Positions 20,487 through 30,996 of a DNA stretch of 64,000 nt are shown here, piece by piece (positions within the stretch are counted from its first letter, which is position 1; each line of letters starts with the position of its first letter). Below the pieces are notes generated by a model that had not been told where the DNA came from, did not search any database, and saw nothing but the letters and a program-made list of their open reading frames with translations. The DNA lies in the sequence record SRR20825019_1535. The stretch is one strand, 5' to 3'. The position numbers were made by a program, and so were the translations under genes.

Positions 20487-23400
20487 TCAACCAGCCAATG
20501 CCGTCAATTCTTCGTGCGCCGCGTTCCGGCGCGGCCGCCATAGCCCACGGTCCAGCGCTTCCCTGAGCTTCGCCGCCATTTCCTTCAGCGCGGCCGGATT
20601 GTGCCGCTCCAGGAAGGTGCGGACCTCGTCATCGCCGAGATAGGCGTCGAACACGGCATCGAAATGATGATCGCCGACGCAGCGCGCGGTGGCGGCGAAG
20701 GCGAACATGTAATCGACGGTGGCGGCCATTTCGAAGGCGCCCTTGTAGCCGTGCCGCATCACACCTGCGATCCATTTCGGATTGACCACACGGGCCCGGA
20801 CGACCCGCGCGACTTCCTCTTCCAGAGAGCGGATGCGCGGATGCTCTGGCCGGGAATGGTCGTTGTGATAGACCGTCGGCTGCGCACCGGAAAGATGCCG
20901 GATCGCGGCGGTGATGCCACCCTCGAACTGGTAGTAATCGTCACTGTCGAGCAGGTCGTGCTCGCGGTTGTCCTGGTTGTGCAGCACCAGCTCGACATCC
21001 TTCAGGCGCGACTCGAACAGCGCATGCGCGGCCTCGCCCTCGGCGCCCTGCCCATAAGCGTAACCGCCCCAGGCAACATAGGCATTGGCGAGGTCTTCCT
21101 CATTTTCCCAGAGCTGCTCGTCGATCATTGCCTGCAGGCCCGCGCCATAGGCGCCGGGCTTGGAGCCGAACACACGGTAGCCTGCCTGCTTCTCTGCCGC
21201 CTCACGGCTGGCGCCAGTTTTTTCGAACGCGTCCGCGTCGCTCTTGTAGCGGGCGGCGAGCGGGTTCTGGCTTGCAGGCTCGTCCAGTTTTGCGACCGCG
21301 CGGGCGGCGCTGTCCAGCAGGTCGATCTGAAACGGGAAGGCATCCCGGAAGAAGCCGGAGACCCGGAAGGTGACGTCGACGCGCGGCCGGTCCAGCACGG
21401 AGGAGGGCAGGATCTCGAAACCGGTGACGCGGCCGCTGGCGACGTCCCATTCCGGCTTCACGCCCATCAGGGCGAGAGCCTGGGCGATATCGTCGCCGCC
21501 GGTCCGCATGTTGGCGGTGCCCCAGGCAGAGATCGCCAGCCGCTCCGGCCAGGCGCCGTTTTCCTGCCGGTAGCGTTCCAGCAGCAGACAGGCGGACTTC
21601 CAGCCGAGCTGCCAGGCGGCGGGGGTCGGCACCGCGCGGGTATCGACGGAATAGAAATTGCGGCCCGTCGGCAGTACGTCCGGACGCCCGCGCGTCGGCG
21701 CGCCGGAGGAGCCGGGGGCAACGAAGCGCCCGGCGAGACCGGTGAGTAGGCCCGCGCGCTCCGCCTCGCCACAGCCCGTGACGATCGGACGGAGATGGCT
21801 GTCGACCATCTCCAGCACGGCGCGGGTGCGCTCCCATTCGGGCGCGGCTTCCCGGCGCCCGGCGATGAGGTCGTGCGCCAGCAATTCCAGCCGCTCGACC
21901 GTGTCGCCATGGGTGCGCCAGTGCTGGTCATCGACAGCGGCAAGCGCGTCCGGGCGCGCGCCTTCCCAAGGCGCGCCCATGTCGGCGGCGAGCGGATCGA
22001 AGGGCTCGCCATCCAGCTCAAGGCCGAGGTCACGCGCCAATGCCCGCTGCAGGGAGGCGTCGCCGCCGTCGCCCTGGCCGCGCGGCACACGGACCAGCGC
22101 GGTCAGCAGATCGTCAAGCAGGCGGCCTTCCGGCGCGGCGCCGAAGACATGCAGCCCGTCGCGGATCTGCAATTCCTTCAGCTCGCAGAGATAGCCGTCC
22201 AGCCGGTTCAGCTTTTCCGCCTCGCCGTCCCGGTCGGAGAGACCGAGATCCTTGTCGATGCCAATGGCGGCCATCTTTTCCAGGATCTGCTGTGACAACA
22301 GCTTCAAGCGGCGCGGATCGACCCCGGCGGCCTGATAATACTCGTCCACCAGCGCTTCCAGCTCCTTCAGGGGGCCGTAGCTCTCAGCCCGGGTCAGCGG
22401 CGGTGTCAGATGGTCGATGATAACGGCAGCGGATCGGCGTTTCGCCTGCGTGCCTTCGCCCGGATCGTTGACGATGAAGGGATAGAGGTGCGGCATCGGG
22501 CCGAACACAGCCTCGGGATAGCAGCTTTCGGACAGGGCCAGTGATTTGCCCGGGAGCCATTCCATGTTGCCGTGTTTGCCCATATGCACGATTGCATGGG
22601 CGCCGAATTGCTCACGCAGCCAGATATAGAAGGCGAGATAGCCATGCGGCGGGACCAGATCCGGATCGTGATAGCTCGCCGTCGGGTCGATATTGTAGCC
22701 GCGCGCCGGCTGAATGCCGACGAGCACATTACCGAGACTGAGTACCGAAAGCCGGAAGGCATCGCCGGAGACAAAGGGATCGCTTTCGGGCGCGCCCCAG
22801 CGTTCCTCGATCTCGGTGCGGACAGTCTCCGGGAGCTTTGCGTAGGCCAGCTTGTAATCGGCAAGTGACAAAAGTGCGCCGCCCTTGCGGGAGGATCGGT
22901 CGGAGAGATCGTTTGTAGGCCCGACGGAGAGTCTGCCGATCAGGGCATCGCCGTTGATCGGGATATCGCGAATTCCATATCCGGCCTCGGCCAGAGCCCG
23001 CAGCACGGTGACGGTACCGGCAGGGGTGTCCAATCCGACGCCGTTGCCGAGCCGTCCGTCCTTGTTCGGGTAATTGGCAAGCACGATGGCAAGCTTGCGG
23101 TCTTTCGGAGTGGCTGCGCGCAAACGCGCCCATGACGCCGCGAGCTTCGCCGTGAAAACAATCCGATCCGGGACGGGCTCGTACGTGACGAGGGAGCATT
23201 CTGTGGCTTCGTCCCGGCGGGCTTCCGCCTTGAAGGAGACGGCGCGGGTCAACACCCGGCCGTCGACCTCCGGCAGGGCCACATTCATGGCGATGTCGCG
23301 GGCGGAAAGGCCATTGGTCGAGGCTTCCCAATTCTCCCGGTTGCCGCCGGAAAAGATCACCTGCAGCACCGTGCAGTCGCCGCCGTCGAACGGGGTTTCG

Positions 23401-24245
23401 GTCCCTGGTGCGCCGGGTTTGGAGACGGCAAACCCGGTGGCGTTCAGGATCACGCCCGGCGGCGCCTGCTCGATGGCCCCGCGCACGAGACCGGCGGAAA
23501 CCGGGTCTTTCAGGCTGGAGACAAAGATCGGTACCGGGGACAAACCTTCAGATCGCATCGCCTTGATCAGTGCATCCACCGGTGCGGTGTTGCCGGCCTG
23601 AACCAGCGCCCGGTAGAACACGATGGGGGCCGGATGCGCGCCGGGGTCAGACGCGGCCAGTACCTCTTCCAGAGACGGATGAGCCCTGCCGGGCAGGTAA
23701 TATCCCGCCTTCGGCAGCGGTGCGGGCTCGCGCCATTCAGTCTCGGTTCCGATCAGGCTGGCGGCAAAGCGGATGGCCTCGGCGGCATTGCCGATCCCGC
23801 CCTCGATCATGTAGCGCCAGAGCCGCTGTGTTGCGGCGGTATCGAGACTGCCGCAGCTGGTCAGCTCCGGGTCTGGTTGGTCGTCGCCAGGCAGGAAGGC
23901 GAGCGGGATTTTCTTTTTCCGGCAGATCGCTGCGAGCTGCTCGACGCCATAGGGCCAATAGCCGGTGCCGCCGATCACCCGGACCACGATCATCTTGGCG
24001 TGGACCGCCATCTCTTCGACATAGAGATCGACGGAGAGATTGTGGCCGAGCTGCATCAGGTTCGCCAACCGCAGGCTGGGGAACGGGCCGTTATGTCCCG
24101 CCTGCACCTGAGCATAGCCCTGGGCGAGGCAGGCGAGTTCGGTGTCCGCCGCGCTCAGGAACAGGATGTCGCCCGGCGTCTGGCCGAGATCGACAGCTTC
24201 GCTGCCGTCCGTGACCGAGCCGGGAGTTGCCGCGAGGAGATGCAT
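20487..24245 (-). CDS. cobN: cobaltochelatase subunit CobN
   Basis: 1252 aa; MHLLAATPG, LPEVDGR, HMGKHGNMEWLPGK, LPTGRNFY, DSDDYYQFEGG. Confidence 0.96.
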   Translation of the reverse strand: MHLLAATPGSVTDGSEAVDLGQTPGDILFLSAADTELACLAQGYAQVQAGHNGPFPSLRLANLMQLGHNLSVDLYVEEMAVHAKMIVVRVIGGTGYWPYGVEQLAAICRKKKIPLAFLPGDDQPDPELTSCGSLDTAATQRLWRYMIEGGIGNAAEAIRFAASLIGTETEWREPAPLPKAGYYLPGRAHPSLEEVLAASDPGAHPAPIVFYRALVQAGNTAPVDALIKAMRSEGLSPVPIFVSSLKDPVSAGLVRGAIEQAPPGVILNATGFAVSKPGAPGTETPFDGGDCTVLQVIFSGGNRENWEASTNGLSARDIAMNVALPEVDGRVLTRAVSFKAEARRDEATECSLVTYEPVPDRIVFTAKLAASWARLRAATPKDRKLAIVLANYPNKDGRLGNGVGLDTPAGTVTVLRALAEAGYGIRDIPINGDALIGRLSVGPTNDLSDRSSRKGGALLSLADYKLAYAKLPETVRTEIEERWGAPESDPFVSGDAFRLSVLSLGNVLVGIQPARGYNIDPTASYHDPDLVPPHGYLAFYIWLREQFGAHAIVHMGKHGNMEWLPGKSLALSESCYPEAVFGPMPHLYPFIVNDPGEGTQAKRRSAAVIIDHLTPPLTRAESYGPLKELEALVDEYYQAAGVDPRRLKLLSQQILEKMAAIGIDKDLGLSDRDGEAEKLNRLDGYLCELKELQIRDGLHVFGAAPEGRLLDDLLTALVRVPRGQGDGGDASLQRALARDLGLELDGEPFDPLAADMGAPWEGARPDALAAVDDQHWRTHGDTVERLELLAHDLIAGRREAAPEWERTRAVLEMVDSHLRPIVTGCGEAERAGLLTGLAGRFVAPGSSGAPTRGRPDVLPTGRNFYSVDTRAVPTPAAWQLGWKSACLLLERYRQENGAWPERLAISAWGTANMRTGGDDIAQALALMGVKPEWDVASGRVTGFEILPSSVLDRPRVDVTFRVSGFFRDAFPFQIDLLDSAARAVAKLDEPASQNPLAARYKSDADAFEKTGASREAAEKQAGYRVFGSKPGAYGAGLQAMIDEQLWENEEDLANAYVAWGGYAYGQGAEGEAAHALFESRLKDVELVLHNQDNREHDLLDSDDYYQFEGGITAAIRHLSGAQPTVYHNDHSRPEHPRIRSLEEEVARVVRARVVNPKWIAGVMRHGYKGAFEMAATVDYMFAFAATARCVGDHHFDAVFDAYLGDDEVRTFLERHNPAALKEMAAKLREALDRGLWRPRRNAAHEELTALAG

Positions 24246-24275
24246 GGAGCCTCCGCCTTGTGCGGTTCGGTGGAA

Positions 24276-25304
24276 TTATCCGGAGATGGCGCTGGCGATG
24301 GCGTCCCGGTCGAGCCCGTGATGACCGATTACCACGAGCCTTGAAGCGCGTGTTTCACCGGCCTGCCAGTCGCGGTCGAAATAGCGCTGGATGCGCGGGC
24401 CGACGCCCTGGATAACCTGCCGCATCGGTTTGCCGGGAATGTCGAGGAAGCCTTTCACGCGCAGAATGTCATGGCTCTCGACGGCCGCAATGATGCGTTC
24501 CTCAAGAGCTTCCGCGTCATCGACCACGCCGAGCGGCAGCACGAAGCTGTCGAAATCCTCGTGGTCATGCTCATGCCCGTCGTCATGATGCGAGGGGCGG
24601 CTGTCGAGATCGTCTTCTGCCGCCGCGCCAAGGCCGAGCAGCACGTCCGCGCCGAGTTGGCCATGGGCGCTGGTGACGGTCTTCACCGCGCTCCTGAGAT
24701 AGGGCGCAACGGTTTCCCGAACCTTCGCGAGCCCGGCTGCGTCCAGCAGGTCGGTCTTGTTCAGGACGACCATGTCGGCGCACTGAAGCTGTTCCTCGAA
24801 CAATTCTTCCAGCGGGCTTTCATGGTCGAGGGACTCGTCCGCCGTGCGCTGGTCCTGCACCGCGTCGTGATCGTCGGCGAAGCGGCCTTCGGAAACGGCT
24901 GCCGCGTCGATCACGGTGACCACGCCGTCGACGGTGATGCGGGTCCGCACTTCCGGCCAGGCGAAGGCTTTCACCAGCGGTTTCGGCAGGGCAAGGCCGG
25001 AGGTCTCGATGATGATGTGATCGGGGCGTTCCGGGCGGGCCAGGATGGCTTCGATGGCGGGCAGGAAATCGTCCGCCACGGTGCAGCAGATGCAGCCATT
25101 GGCGAGTTCCACTACGTCGTCCTCGCTGCAGCCTTCGATGCCGCAGCCGGTCAGCAGTTCCCGGTCGACGCCGAGATCGCCGAATTCGTTGATGATGAAG
25201 GCGAAGCGGCGGCCGCCGTTATTCTCGACCAGATGCCGGATCAGGCTGGTCTTGCCGGCGCCGAGAAAGCCGGTGATAACGGTGGCGGGGATCTTCTCTG
25301 TCAT
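24276..25304 (-). CDS. cobW: cobalamin biosynthesis GTPase CobW
   Basis: TGFLGAGKT, INEFG, NGCICC, IETSGLALPKP, NKTD, His-rich linker. Confidence 0.95.
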   Translation of the reverse strand: MTEKIPATVITGFLGAGKTSLIRHLVENNGGRRFAFIINEFGDLGVDRELLTGCGIEGCSEDDVVELANGCICCTVADDFLPAIEAILARPERPDHIIIETSGLALPKPLVKAFAWPEVRTRITVDGVVTVIDAAAVSEGRFADDHDAVQDQRTADESLDHESPLEELFEEQLQCADMVVLNKTDLLDAAGLAKVRETVAPYLRSAVKTVTSAHGQLGADVLLGLGAAAEDDLDSRPSHHDDGHEHDHEDFDSFVLPLGVVDDAEALEERIIAAVESHDILRVKGFLDIPGKPMRQVIQGVGPRIQRYFDRDWQAGETRASRLVVIGHHGLDRDAIASAISG

Positions 25305-25416
25305 GTCTGTCTCCTGGGCCTTCCACGGCATTATGCCTTGGACCGGTGCGTTGCGCTCTCGTCACCGAACGGAAGACCGTGCCCTGATCACACCCCGGAT
25401 CAAGGCGGGCGACGAT

Positions 25417-25620
25417 GCTGACGGCAGGTCTCCTGGCTCGCGGGTCATCACGTTCTGTCCGCCTTCCCGGATGCAGGAAATCCTGCGTCCAGTGGCTTCG
25501 GGACAGACCGCTCGCCGGCTACAGTTGCGGGGGCAGCCGCGGCTTGATCCGGCAGACACGCCGAACCGACCGCGTTCCCTTTTGATCCCCCCTCCGAGTT
25601 GAAGGGCGGGAACCGTCAGC
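25417..25620 (-). ncRNA. cobalamin riboswitch
   Basis: Minus strand shows AAAAGGGAAC, GCCCCCGCAACTGT, GCCACTG, GGGAAGG and the B12 box GAGCCAGGAGACCTGCC, closed by GCTGACGG/CCGTCAGC; directly upstream of cobW. Confidence 0.95.
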
Positions 25621-25749
25621 AAATCTCTTGTCGGACGGCGTGGGGGCAGTGTCAAGGGAGCGCGTCGACGGAGAGGCTGAAATCGGCTATATTCATGCCT
25701 ATATCGAAGGGAAGCCCCGCTTCGGCGGGCCGAAACCGGACATCCAGAA

Positions 25750-26127
25750 ATGGCCATCACAGCGACGGCTTCGATAGCGCCTCAACTCAGCACTCTGAAC
25801 CGTAGCGGAACAGGGCAAACGGGTTCGTCCGCGGAATCCGGGACGCCTGTCGCGGCGGAAAACAGTTCGGCAGTTGCGGCCACTACGGTTCTTGGCTCGT
25901 CCAGCCAGCAAAGCGCAGCCGTGTCGCAAGCGCAGTCGGCATTGCGTTCTGCTGAGAACGTCGTCGCCCGGCGCGAGGCCGAGCTGAGCGATGCGCAGAG
26001 CGCCGTCTCCGCCGCCTCCGATCGTGCAGATCAGCGCCGCCGGGCTTTGTCCGAGGCGGAAGGTGCCGAGCGTGTTGCCCTGGCCGAGGATCTGCAGCGC
26101 GGCTCCCTGGTCAATATCTCCGTCTGA
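25750..26127 (+). CDS. hypothetical Ala/Ser-rich, coiled-coil protein
   Basis: 125 aa ORF filling the gap; ends RGSLVNISV. Confidence 0.6.
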   Translation: MAITATASIAPQLSTLNRSGTGQTGSSAESGTPVAAENSSAVAATTVLGSSSQQSAAVSQAQSALRSAENVVARREAELSDAQSAVSAASDRADQRRRALSEAEGAERVALAEDLQRGSLVNISV

Positions 26128-26130
26128 AAA

Positions 26131-26766
26131 TCAGGACCGTTTCAGGTTCAGGATTTCCGCCGCGAGTGTCAGCGTGACCCGCTCGCCATCCCCGTAATAC
26201 GGATTCGTGCGGAAGGTCAGCCAGCTTGGGAAAACCGTGAGCTGGCCATTCCTGGGCGCCACCAGCATGGGGCGGCCGACTGTGTCTATCGGCAGGCTCG
26301 CAAGACCGGCAGCGGCGCGCGGATCGTCGATCTCTATGGTGCCGTTCTCGGGCGCGTCGGCATTGGGCGTGTCGCCTGCCTCGATTGTATAGACCATCGT
26401 CAGATGGTGCCCCGGCGTCAGGTGGCTCTTCTCGTAGGCGCCATAGCGCAGCACCGTTGCCGAGCCTGAAAGCCGGACCTCGAACGTGCAATCCCCTCCC
26501 GCGATCAGCGGCACCACGGCCTGGACGGCCCCGAGAGCCGTTTGCCGGATGGTGTCGATGCCCTTGTCAGGCCAGTCGAACAGATCGCCGCCGGACCGCC
26601 AGCCGCCGATCACGCCACCGGCATTTGGCTCGCCCGCGGCTTCCCGTGTCAGAACGGCGGCTTTCAGGGCGTCATTGAGTGGCGCACAGCCGTCGATGGC
26701 GAACATGAACAACCGGGTCGGGAAGATTTCGAGAATATCCGTGCGGGAATCGAATTTCAGTTCCAT
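26131..26766 (-). CDS. putative 2OG-Fe(II) oxygenase-like protein (TIGR02466-like)
   Basis: IFPT, GGWRS, DPR, FPSWL, GERVTL pattern. Confidence 0.7.
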   Translation of the reverse strand: MELKFDSRTDILEIFPTRLFMFAIDGCAPLNDALKAAVLTREAAGEPNAGGVIGGWRSGGDLFDWPDKGIDTIRQTALGAVQAVVPLIAGGDCTFEVRLSGSATVLRYGAYEKSHLTPGHHLTMVYTIEAGDTPNADAPENGTIEIDDPRAAAGLASLPIDTVGRPMLVAPRNGQLTVFPSWLTFRTNPYYGDGERVTLTLAAEILNLKRS

Positions 26767-26831
26767 CGGCCAGCCCCCTGCAAGCGCTTGTATATCCGGT
26801 CACTTCCATAGCATGCCGGGGACGCGGCCGG

Positions 26832-27992
26832 TCAAACGCCGGTTTGTCGCAGTTTTGTGAAGGCAAGGAAGAGGGTCGCAAGCGGTTGACCCGCTTCCTC
26901 CCGCATGGCGCCGCGCTCAACCTTCAGGACGCGGAGACCCGCATCAAGCGCCGCCTCTTCCAGCCCGGTCAGGCTGTGGGTGTAGGCGCCATCCGGGCCA
27001 AGACCGGGAGACGTGCCCGCTGGCGGCTCAAGAGCCGTCAGCAGGAGGGTGCCGCCCTCTTCAAGGCGGGCACTGACCACGGAAAGAAAACCGGGCAGAT
27101 CCGGGATATAGGATGTCACATCCGCGGCAATCGCGAGCTCATAGAGAGCGGGTTCGTTCCGCAGAAACGTGACGGCCTCGATCGTGACAAGGCGGTCATA
27201 GATCGCTTTCGCGTCAGCCCGCCGGATCATTTCGCCGGAAATGTCGATGCCGGTGAGATGCCTGCAATAGGGGCGGAAAACGGCACCGGTGAGGCCGGTT
27301 CCGCAACCGATATCAATGGCTGCCCGGACGGGTGATCCTGAAGAGACGACGCCAGATGCGTGTGCCAGCTTCAGCAGGGTTTCCGGCGCGGTATACTTGA
27401 GACGTCCGGTCAAATGCGTGTCGAAACTCTCCGCGTAGCCATCGAACACCATGCGGACATGGGCCGGCGGGAACGCTGCCTCGGCCGGCCCCGCTCCCAG
27501 ACGCGCGAGGGCCCGTCCGGCCCCGAGAGGATCTTCGGGGGCCAGCACAAGGGACGTGCGATAGAGCCGGGCGGCCATCGCTTGCGGCGGCCCCTGTTCG
27601 AGCGAGCTTGCGAGCAGAAAGGTGGCTTCGATATTCGCGGGATCGGAGAGCCTTAACCTGGCCAGCAAACGCTGTGCGTCGATGTACCGTTCCTGCCCGA
27701 AGGCATGCAGCGCGCTCATGATCGTGGCCGGGCCGTGCAGCGGATCAAGCACCAGCAGCCGCAGGGCTGCCTTCATGCCGGAAGGGTCTGCCGCGCCCAG
27801 ATCGTTCAGATTGCCTGCGTCCTGCGGCTCCAGAAGAACGGCCCGCAAGCGCGCCCGGGCAGGATCAAGCCCGGCGGCTTCCCGGACAATCCCCAGCGCC
27901 GTCCAGTGCGCCGCGGATAAAGGCTCTTCCCGGCAACGCTCGGCAAGCTCGTGCAGAGCGGTTGCTGGAATGTCTGCATTTTGTTGCGCCAT
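26832..27992 (-). CDS. TPR-containing class I SAM methyltransferase
   Basis: N-terminal TPR-like helices; FDGYAESFDTHL, DIGCGTGL, GIDISGEM. Confidence 0.8.
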   Translation of the reverse strand: MAQQNADIPATALHELAERCREEPLSAAHWTALGIVREAAGLDPARARLRAVLLEPQDAGNLNDLGAADPSGMKAALRLLVLDPLHGPATIMSALHAFGQERYIDAQRLLARLRLSDPANIEATFLLASSLEQGPPQAMAARLYRTSLVLAPEDPLGAGRALARLGAGPAEAAFPPAHVRMVFDGYAESFDTHLTGRLKYTAPETLLKLAHASGVVSSGSPVRAAIDIGCGTGLTGAVFRPYCRHLTGIDISGEMIRRADAKAIYDRLVTIEAVTFLRNEPALYELAIAADVTSYIPDLPGFLSVVSARLEEGGTLLLTALEPPAGTSPGLGPDGAYTHSLTGLEEAALDAGLRVLKVERGAMREEAGQPLATLFLAFTKLRQTGV

Positions 27993-28132
27993 GGCGGAAG
28001 GATAGTCGGGGGCGATCCCGTACGAAATCCCCAGGATTGGGGTGGGATTGCGCAAAGGAAAATGCAATTAAAAGTTGCTGAATATAGTATTATTCAAATA
28101 CACTGATCCGTCTTCAAAACCGGGAGGTTGGG

Positions 28133-28921
28133 ATGAAACGGAAAGTATTGATTCTGCTGGCGTGTGTTTTTGGAGCGTCGGCAAGCAGCAGTGCAATGGC
28201 GGCATGCGGATGCACGAACATGACGGTTACCCGAAGCCAGGTTATCTCGGCTTGCTCCACGCGCAATCTGGGAAACTTTGACGGCCAGTGCCTGGTGCTT
28301 GCACCCGGAGCGGGCGACAATGATTGCGGTGGAGGCGCGTACAAATACACCTGCCCGACCGGGGTAAACAGCCAGGATCTGGAGGCTGCCGAGCCGACGC
28401 AATCGACAGGTTTCTTTGTGCAGACGGCTTATGCGGGCGGGAGTAATGGTGCCGAATGCACGGCAGGCCAGATCCTGCAAATGACCATTACCAGCGGCGG
28501 CAACAACGAGCCGAATCCGAATATCAACCCGACATCCCTGAATGGAAACCAGACCATCGGTGGCCGTAATCTCAGGATCGACAATAACGGCGCGCATGCT
28601 TTCCCGAGGATCGGGACCATGGAGCAGCAGCGTCCAAAATTCGGCGGTGACAATTACATGGCCGCGAATGTGAATGTCCTGAGCGGATCATCCAATGCCG
28701 GATCATGGTGGTGGGATAATACGGACCAGACCAAGGATGAAGCGGCCGAGGCTGCAACCTGGGCTTATGAATTCGTGGCTTTCGTGCAGGGGAACGGGGA
28801 CGGACAGCCGAGCTGCGCCTGTGCCTTCACGATCGATGTGGATTGGGACTCAAACCAGAACCCGGTGACAGCCTATGCCGATGATGCCGGTAACAGCGTG
28901 AATTGCGGAGGGCTGCAATAA
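28133..28921 (+). CDS. hypothetical secreted cysteine-rich protein
   Basis: Signal peptide MKRKVLILLACVFGASASSSAMA; 10 Cys in the mature region; RBS GGAGG upstream. Confidence 0.75.
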   Translation: MKRKVLILLACVFGASASSSAMAACGCTNMTVTRSQVISACSTRNLGNFDGQCLVLAPGAGDNDCGGGAYKYTCPTGVNSQDLEAAEPTQSTGFFVQTAYAGGSNGAECTAGQILQMTITSGGNNEPNPNINPTSLNGNQTIGGRNLRIDNNGAHAFPRIGTMEQQRPKFGGDNYMAANVNVLSGSSNAGSWWWDNTDQTKDEAAEAATWAYEFVAFVQGNGDGQPSCACAFTIDVDWDSNQNPVTAYADDAGNSVNCGGLQ

Positions 28922-28946
28922 GCGGCCGAATGCCTTGGCGGCGGGC

Positions 28947-29660
28947 TTACTGCCCGCCGTTTTTCTCGAAATATTCCAGCGCCTTTTCGGCCATATAGAG
29001 GTCGAAGGCGTCGTGGATGTCGATGCCGGAGGCGACATCGTCGATCTCCAGGATATCGACCTTCATGCCGGTCCGCTTGCCGGCCCGGATCAGGTCGGCG
29101 CGGATGGCGGAGGCGAGGCCGGTATCTTCACGGAACAGCGGCTTGCGGGTCTGGCGCGGGCCGTAGATTGCCATCCAGTCGAAAACCCGTTGCCATTCGC
29201 CGTCCTCGTTCCGGGACCAGAAATTCTTGTGCGTCTTGTTGGCGACGAAGACCGTCTCCAGACTCTCATCCGCCTTCAGCCGGTTCACACATTCGGCGAT
29301 CCATTCCGGCTTGCGGAAGATGTCGGTCGGCTGCAGGAAGACGACGATGCCGAAAGGCCCGTCGATCTCTTCCGCCCGCTCCAGCGCGTCTTTCAGCACC
29401 GGCTCGGTCGGTGTCAGATCTTCTGCCAGCGAGCCTTCGCGCATGAAGGGACACCAGGCCCCGGCAGCGAGGGCGGCATCCCGGATCGCTTCGTTGTCGG
29501 TGGTGACCAGCACCCGGTCGCAGACGCCGGAGGCGAGTGCATGTTCGACGGAATGGGCAATCAGCGGTTTGCCGGCGATCGGCTTGACGTTCTTGCCGGG
29601 CAGGCCCTTGGAGCCGCCGCGGGCGGGCAGGATGGCGAGAACGCGGTCAGACTTGGTCAT
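28947..29660 (-). CDS. neuA: acylneuraminate cytidylyltransferase (NeuA family)
   Basis: LPARGGSKGLPGKNV, VTTD, LQPT, DIHDAFD. Confidence 0.88.
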   Translation of the reverse strand: MTKSDRVLAILPARGGSKGLPGKNVKPIAGKPLIAHSVEHALASGVCDRVLVTTDNEAIRDAALAAGAWCPFMREGSLAEDLTPTEPVLKDALERAEEIDGPFGIVVFLQPTDIFRKPEWIAECVNRLKADESLETVFVANKTHKNFWSRNEDGEWQRVFDWMAIYGPRQTRKPLFREDTGLASAIRADLIRAGKRTGMKVDILEIDDVASGIDIHDAFDLYMAEKALEYFEKNGGQ

Positions 29661-30319
29661 GCAATTGAATTCCTGAGTTCGGTAAAGCGGTCCGCGACCA
29701 TTTCAGCCATGGCGAGGCTCATGTCGTCGCGGATATCGACAAGGGCCCAGAACTGATCAACCACCTCGAAGCCGACAGCGTCGCCGAGGCGCCTTCCTTC
29801 GCGGATCAGCTCCGGCCGGGTGGCAAGGGCAAGGCCAACGACTTCCTGGAAATAAGTCGAGCTGCGCCGGTCGCCGCCCGGATCGAGCGCCTGGATAGTC
29901 CGGTCCGGGTCGAGCCGCCACAGGCTGGCATCGAACTCACGCACGCAGACCACGCTGTCGAGATGTTCGCGCGCGGCAAGGTTCTCGGCCGTGCGCCGGA
30001 TCAGGCCGCGTGGCCGGAACGGATGGGTAGGCTCGACCACGACGACCTGTTTCGCCGGATGTGCATCGAGCACGTCCACCAGTGCGTCCGAATAGCTCTC
30101 GGCCGTGCGGTCATGGATGGTGATCCGGTCCGCGAAGGGGGCGGCCTGGGCCTTCACCGCGTCATCGTCGGCGGTCAGCACTACATTGGCGTCCGGCAGA
30201 TCTTCCAGCACCGCTTCGATGGTACGCACGAGGCTGGAGGCGCCATGCAGGGGCTTTACCAGCTTCGGGGTTGAGCTCGCGCCGGAATAGACGGGAATGA
30301 TGGCAAGGATGTCACTCAT
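29657..30319 (-). CDS. degenerate cytidylyltransferase-fold protein
   Basis: AIIPV...K..KPL.G, EPTHPFR, VDIRD; lacks the PARGGSK motif. Confidence 0.65.
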   Translation of the reverse strand: MSDILAIIPVYSGASSTPKLVKPLHGASSLVRTIEAVLEDLPDANVVLTADDDAVKAQAAPFADRITIHDRTAESYSDALVDVLDAHPAKQVVVVEPTHPFRPRGLIRRTAENLAAREHLDSVVCVREFDASLWRLDPDRTIQALDPGGDRRSSTYFQEVVGLALATRPELIREGRRLGDAVGFEVVDQFWALVDIRDDMSLAMAEMVADRFTELRNSIA

Positions 30320-30996
30320 GGCGCGCTCGTCCGGATGTAATCGATAACCTCGGCGACGCGCTTGGCGCGGCCCTCGTCGCGGCCCTGATGGATGCCGTGA
30401 TGGTGGTAGACCCGAAGGCCCGGCTCATAGAGGATCTCGTGGCCGAGGGCGATCATGCGCTTGCCCCATTCCCGGTCCTCGACGCCGCGGATTTCCTCGT
30501 CGAACGGGTGCTCGTCCCAGATCGATTTGCGGATGCCCGAATTGGCGTTGTGGAAGAAGTAATCCCGGCGCTGGCGTACCCGTTCGTCCCGGAAGGTGGT
30601 CCAGAGGTCGCGCCGGTCGATGGCACTGGTGTCGGGCAGCGGCTCCTGCCGGCCATAGATACCGCAGAGCTTCGGGTCGCCATTCGGGCCGAGATGGGCC
30701 AGCAGGTAATCGGCCCAAAGCTCGTCCACCGGCACGCAGTGCGAGGAGATCAGCGCCACGGTGTCGTATTTCGCGGCGGCGATGCCGATATTCAGCGCCC
30801 GTCCGTAAGAGAACTCCGCGCGGCTGATATACTGGATATTCACGCCATAGGCTTCGGCGATAGGCAGCGTGTCGTCGGTGGAATCATTATCCACCAGAAT
30901 GACGTCGATATCCTTCACCCGCTGATGTTTCAGCGCAGTCAGGCAGCGGCCGATCCAGGCGGCTTCGTTCTTGGCCCGCAGGACGACACTGATCAT
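30316..30996 (-). CDS. glycosyltransferase family 2
   Basis: ISVVLRAKNE, VDNDSTDDT, YGRALNIG, EDREW. Confidence 0.9.
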   Translation of the reverse strand: MISVVLRAKNEAAWIGRCLTALKHQRVKDIDVILVDNDSTDDTLPIAEAYGVNIQYISRAEFSYGRALNIGIAAAKYDTVALISSHCVPVDELWADYLLAHLGPNGDPKLCGIYGRQEPLPDTSAIDRRDLWTTFRDERVRQRRDYFFHNANSGIRKSIWDEHPFDEEIRGVEDREWGKRMIALGHEILYEPGLRVYHHHGIHQGRDEGRAKRVAEVIDYIRTSAP

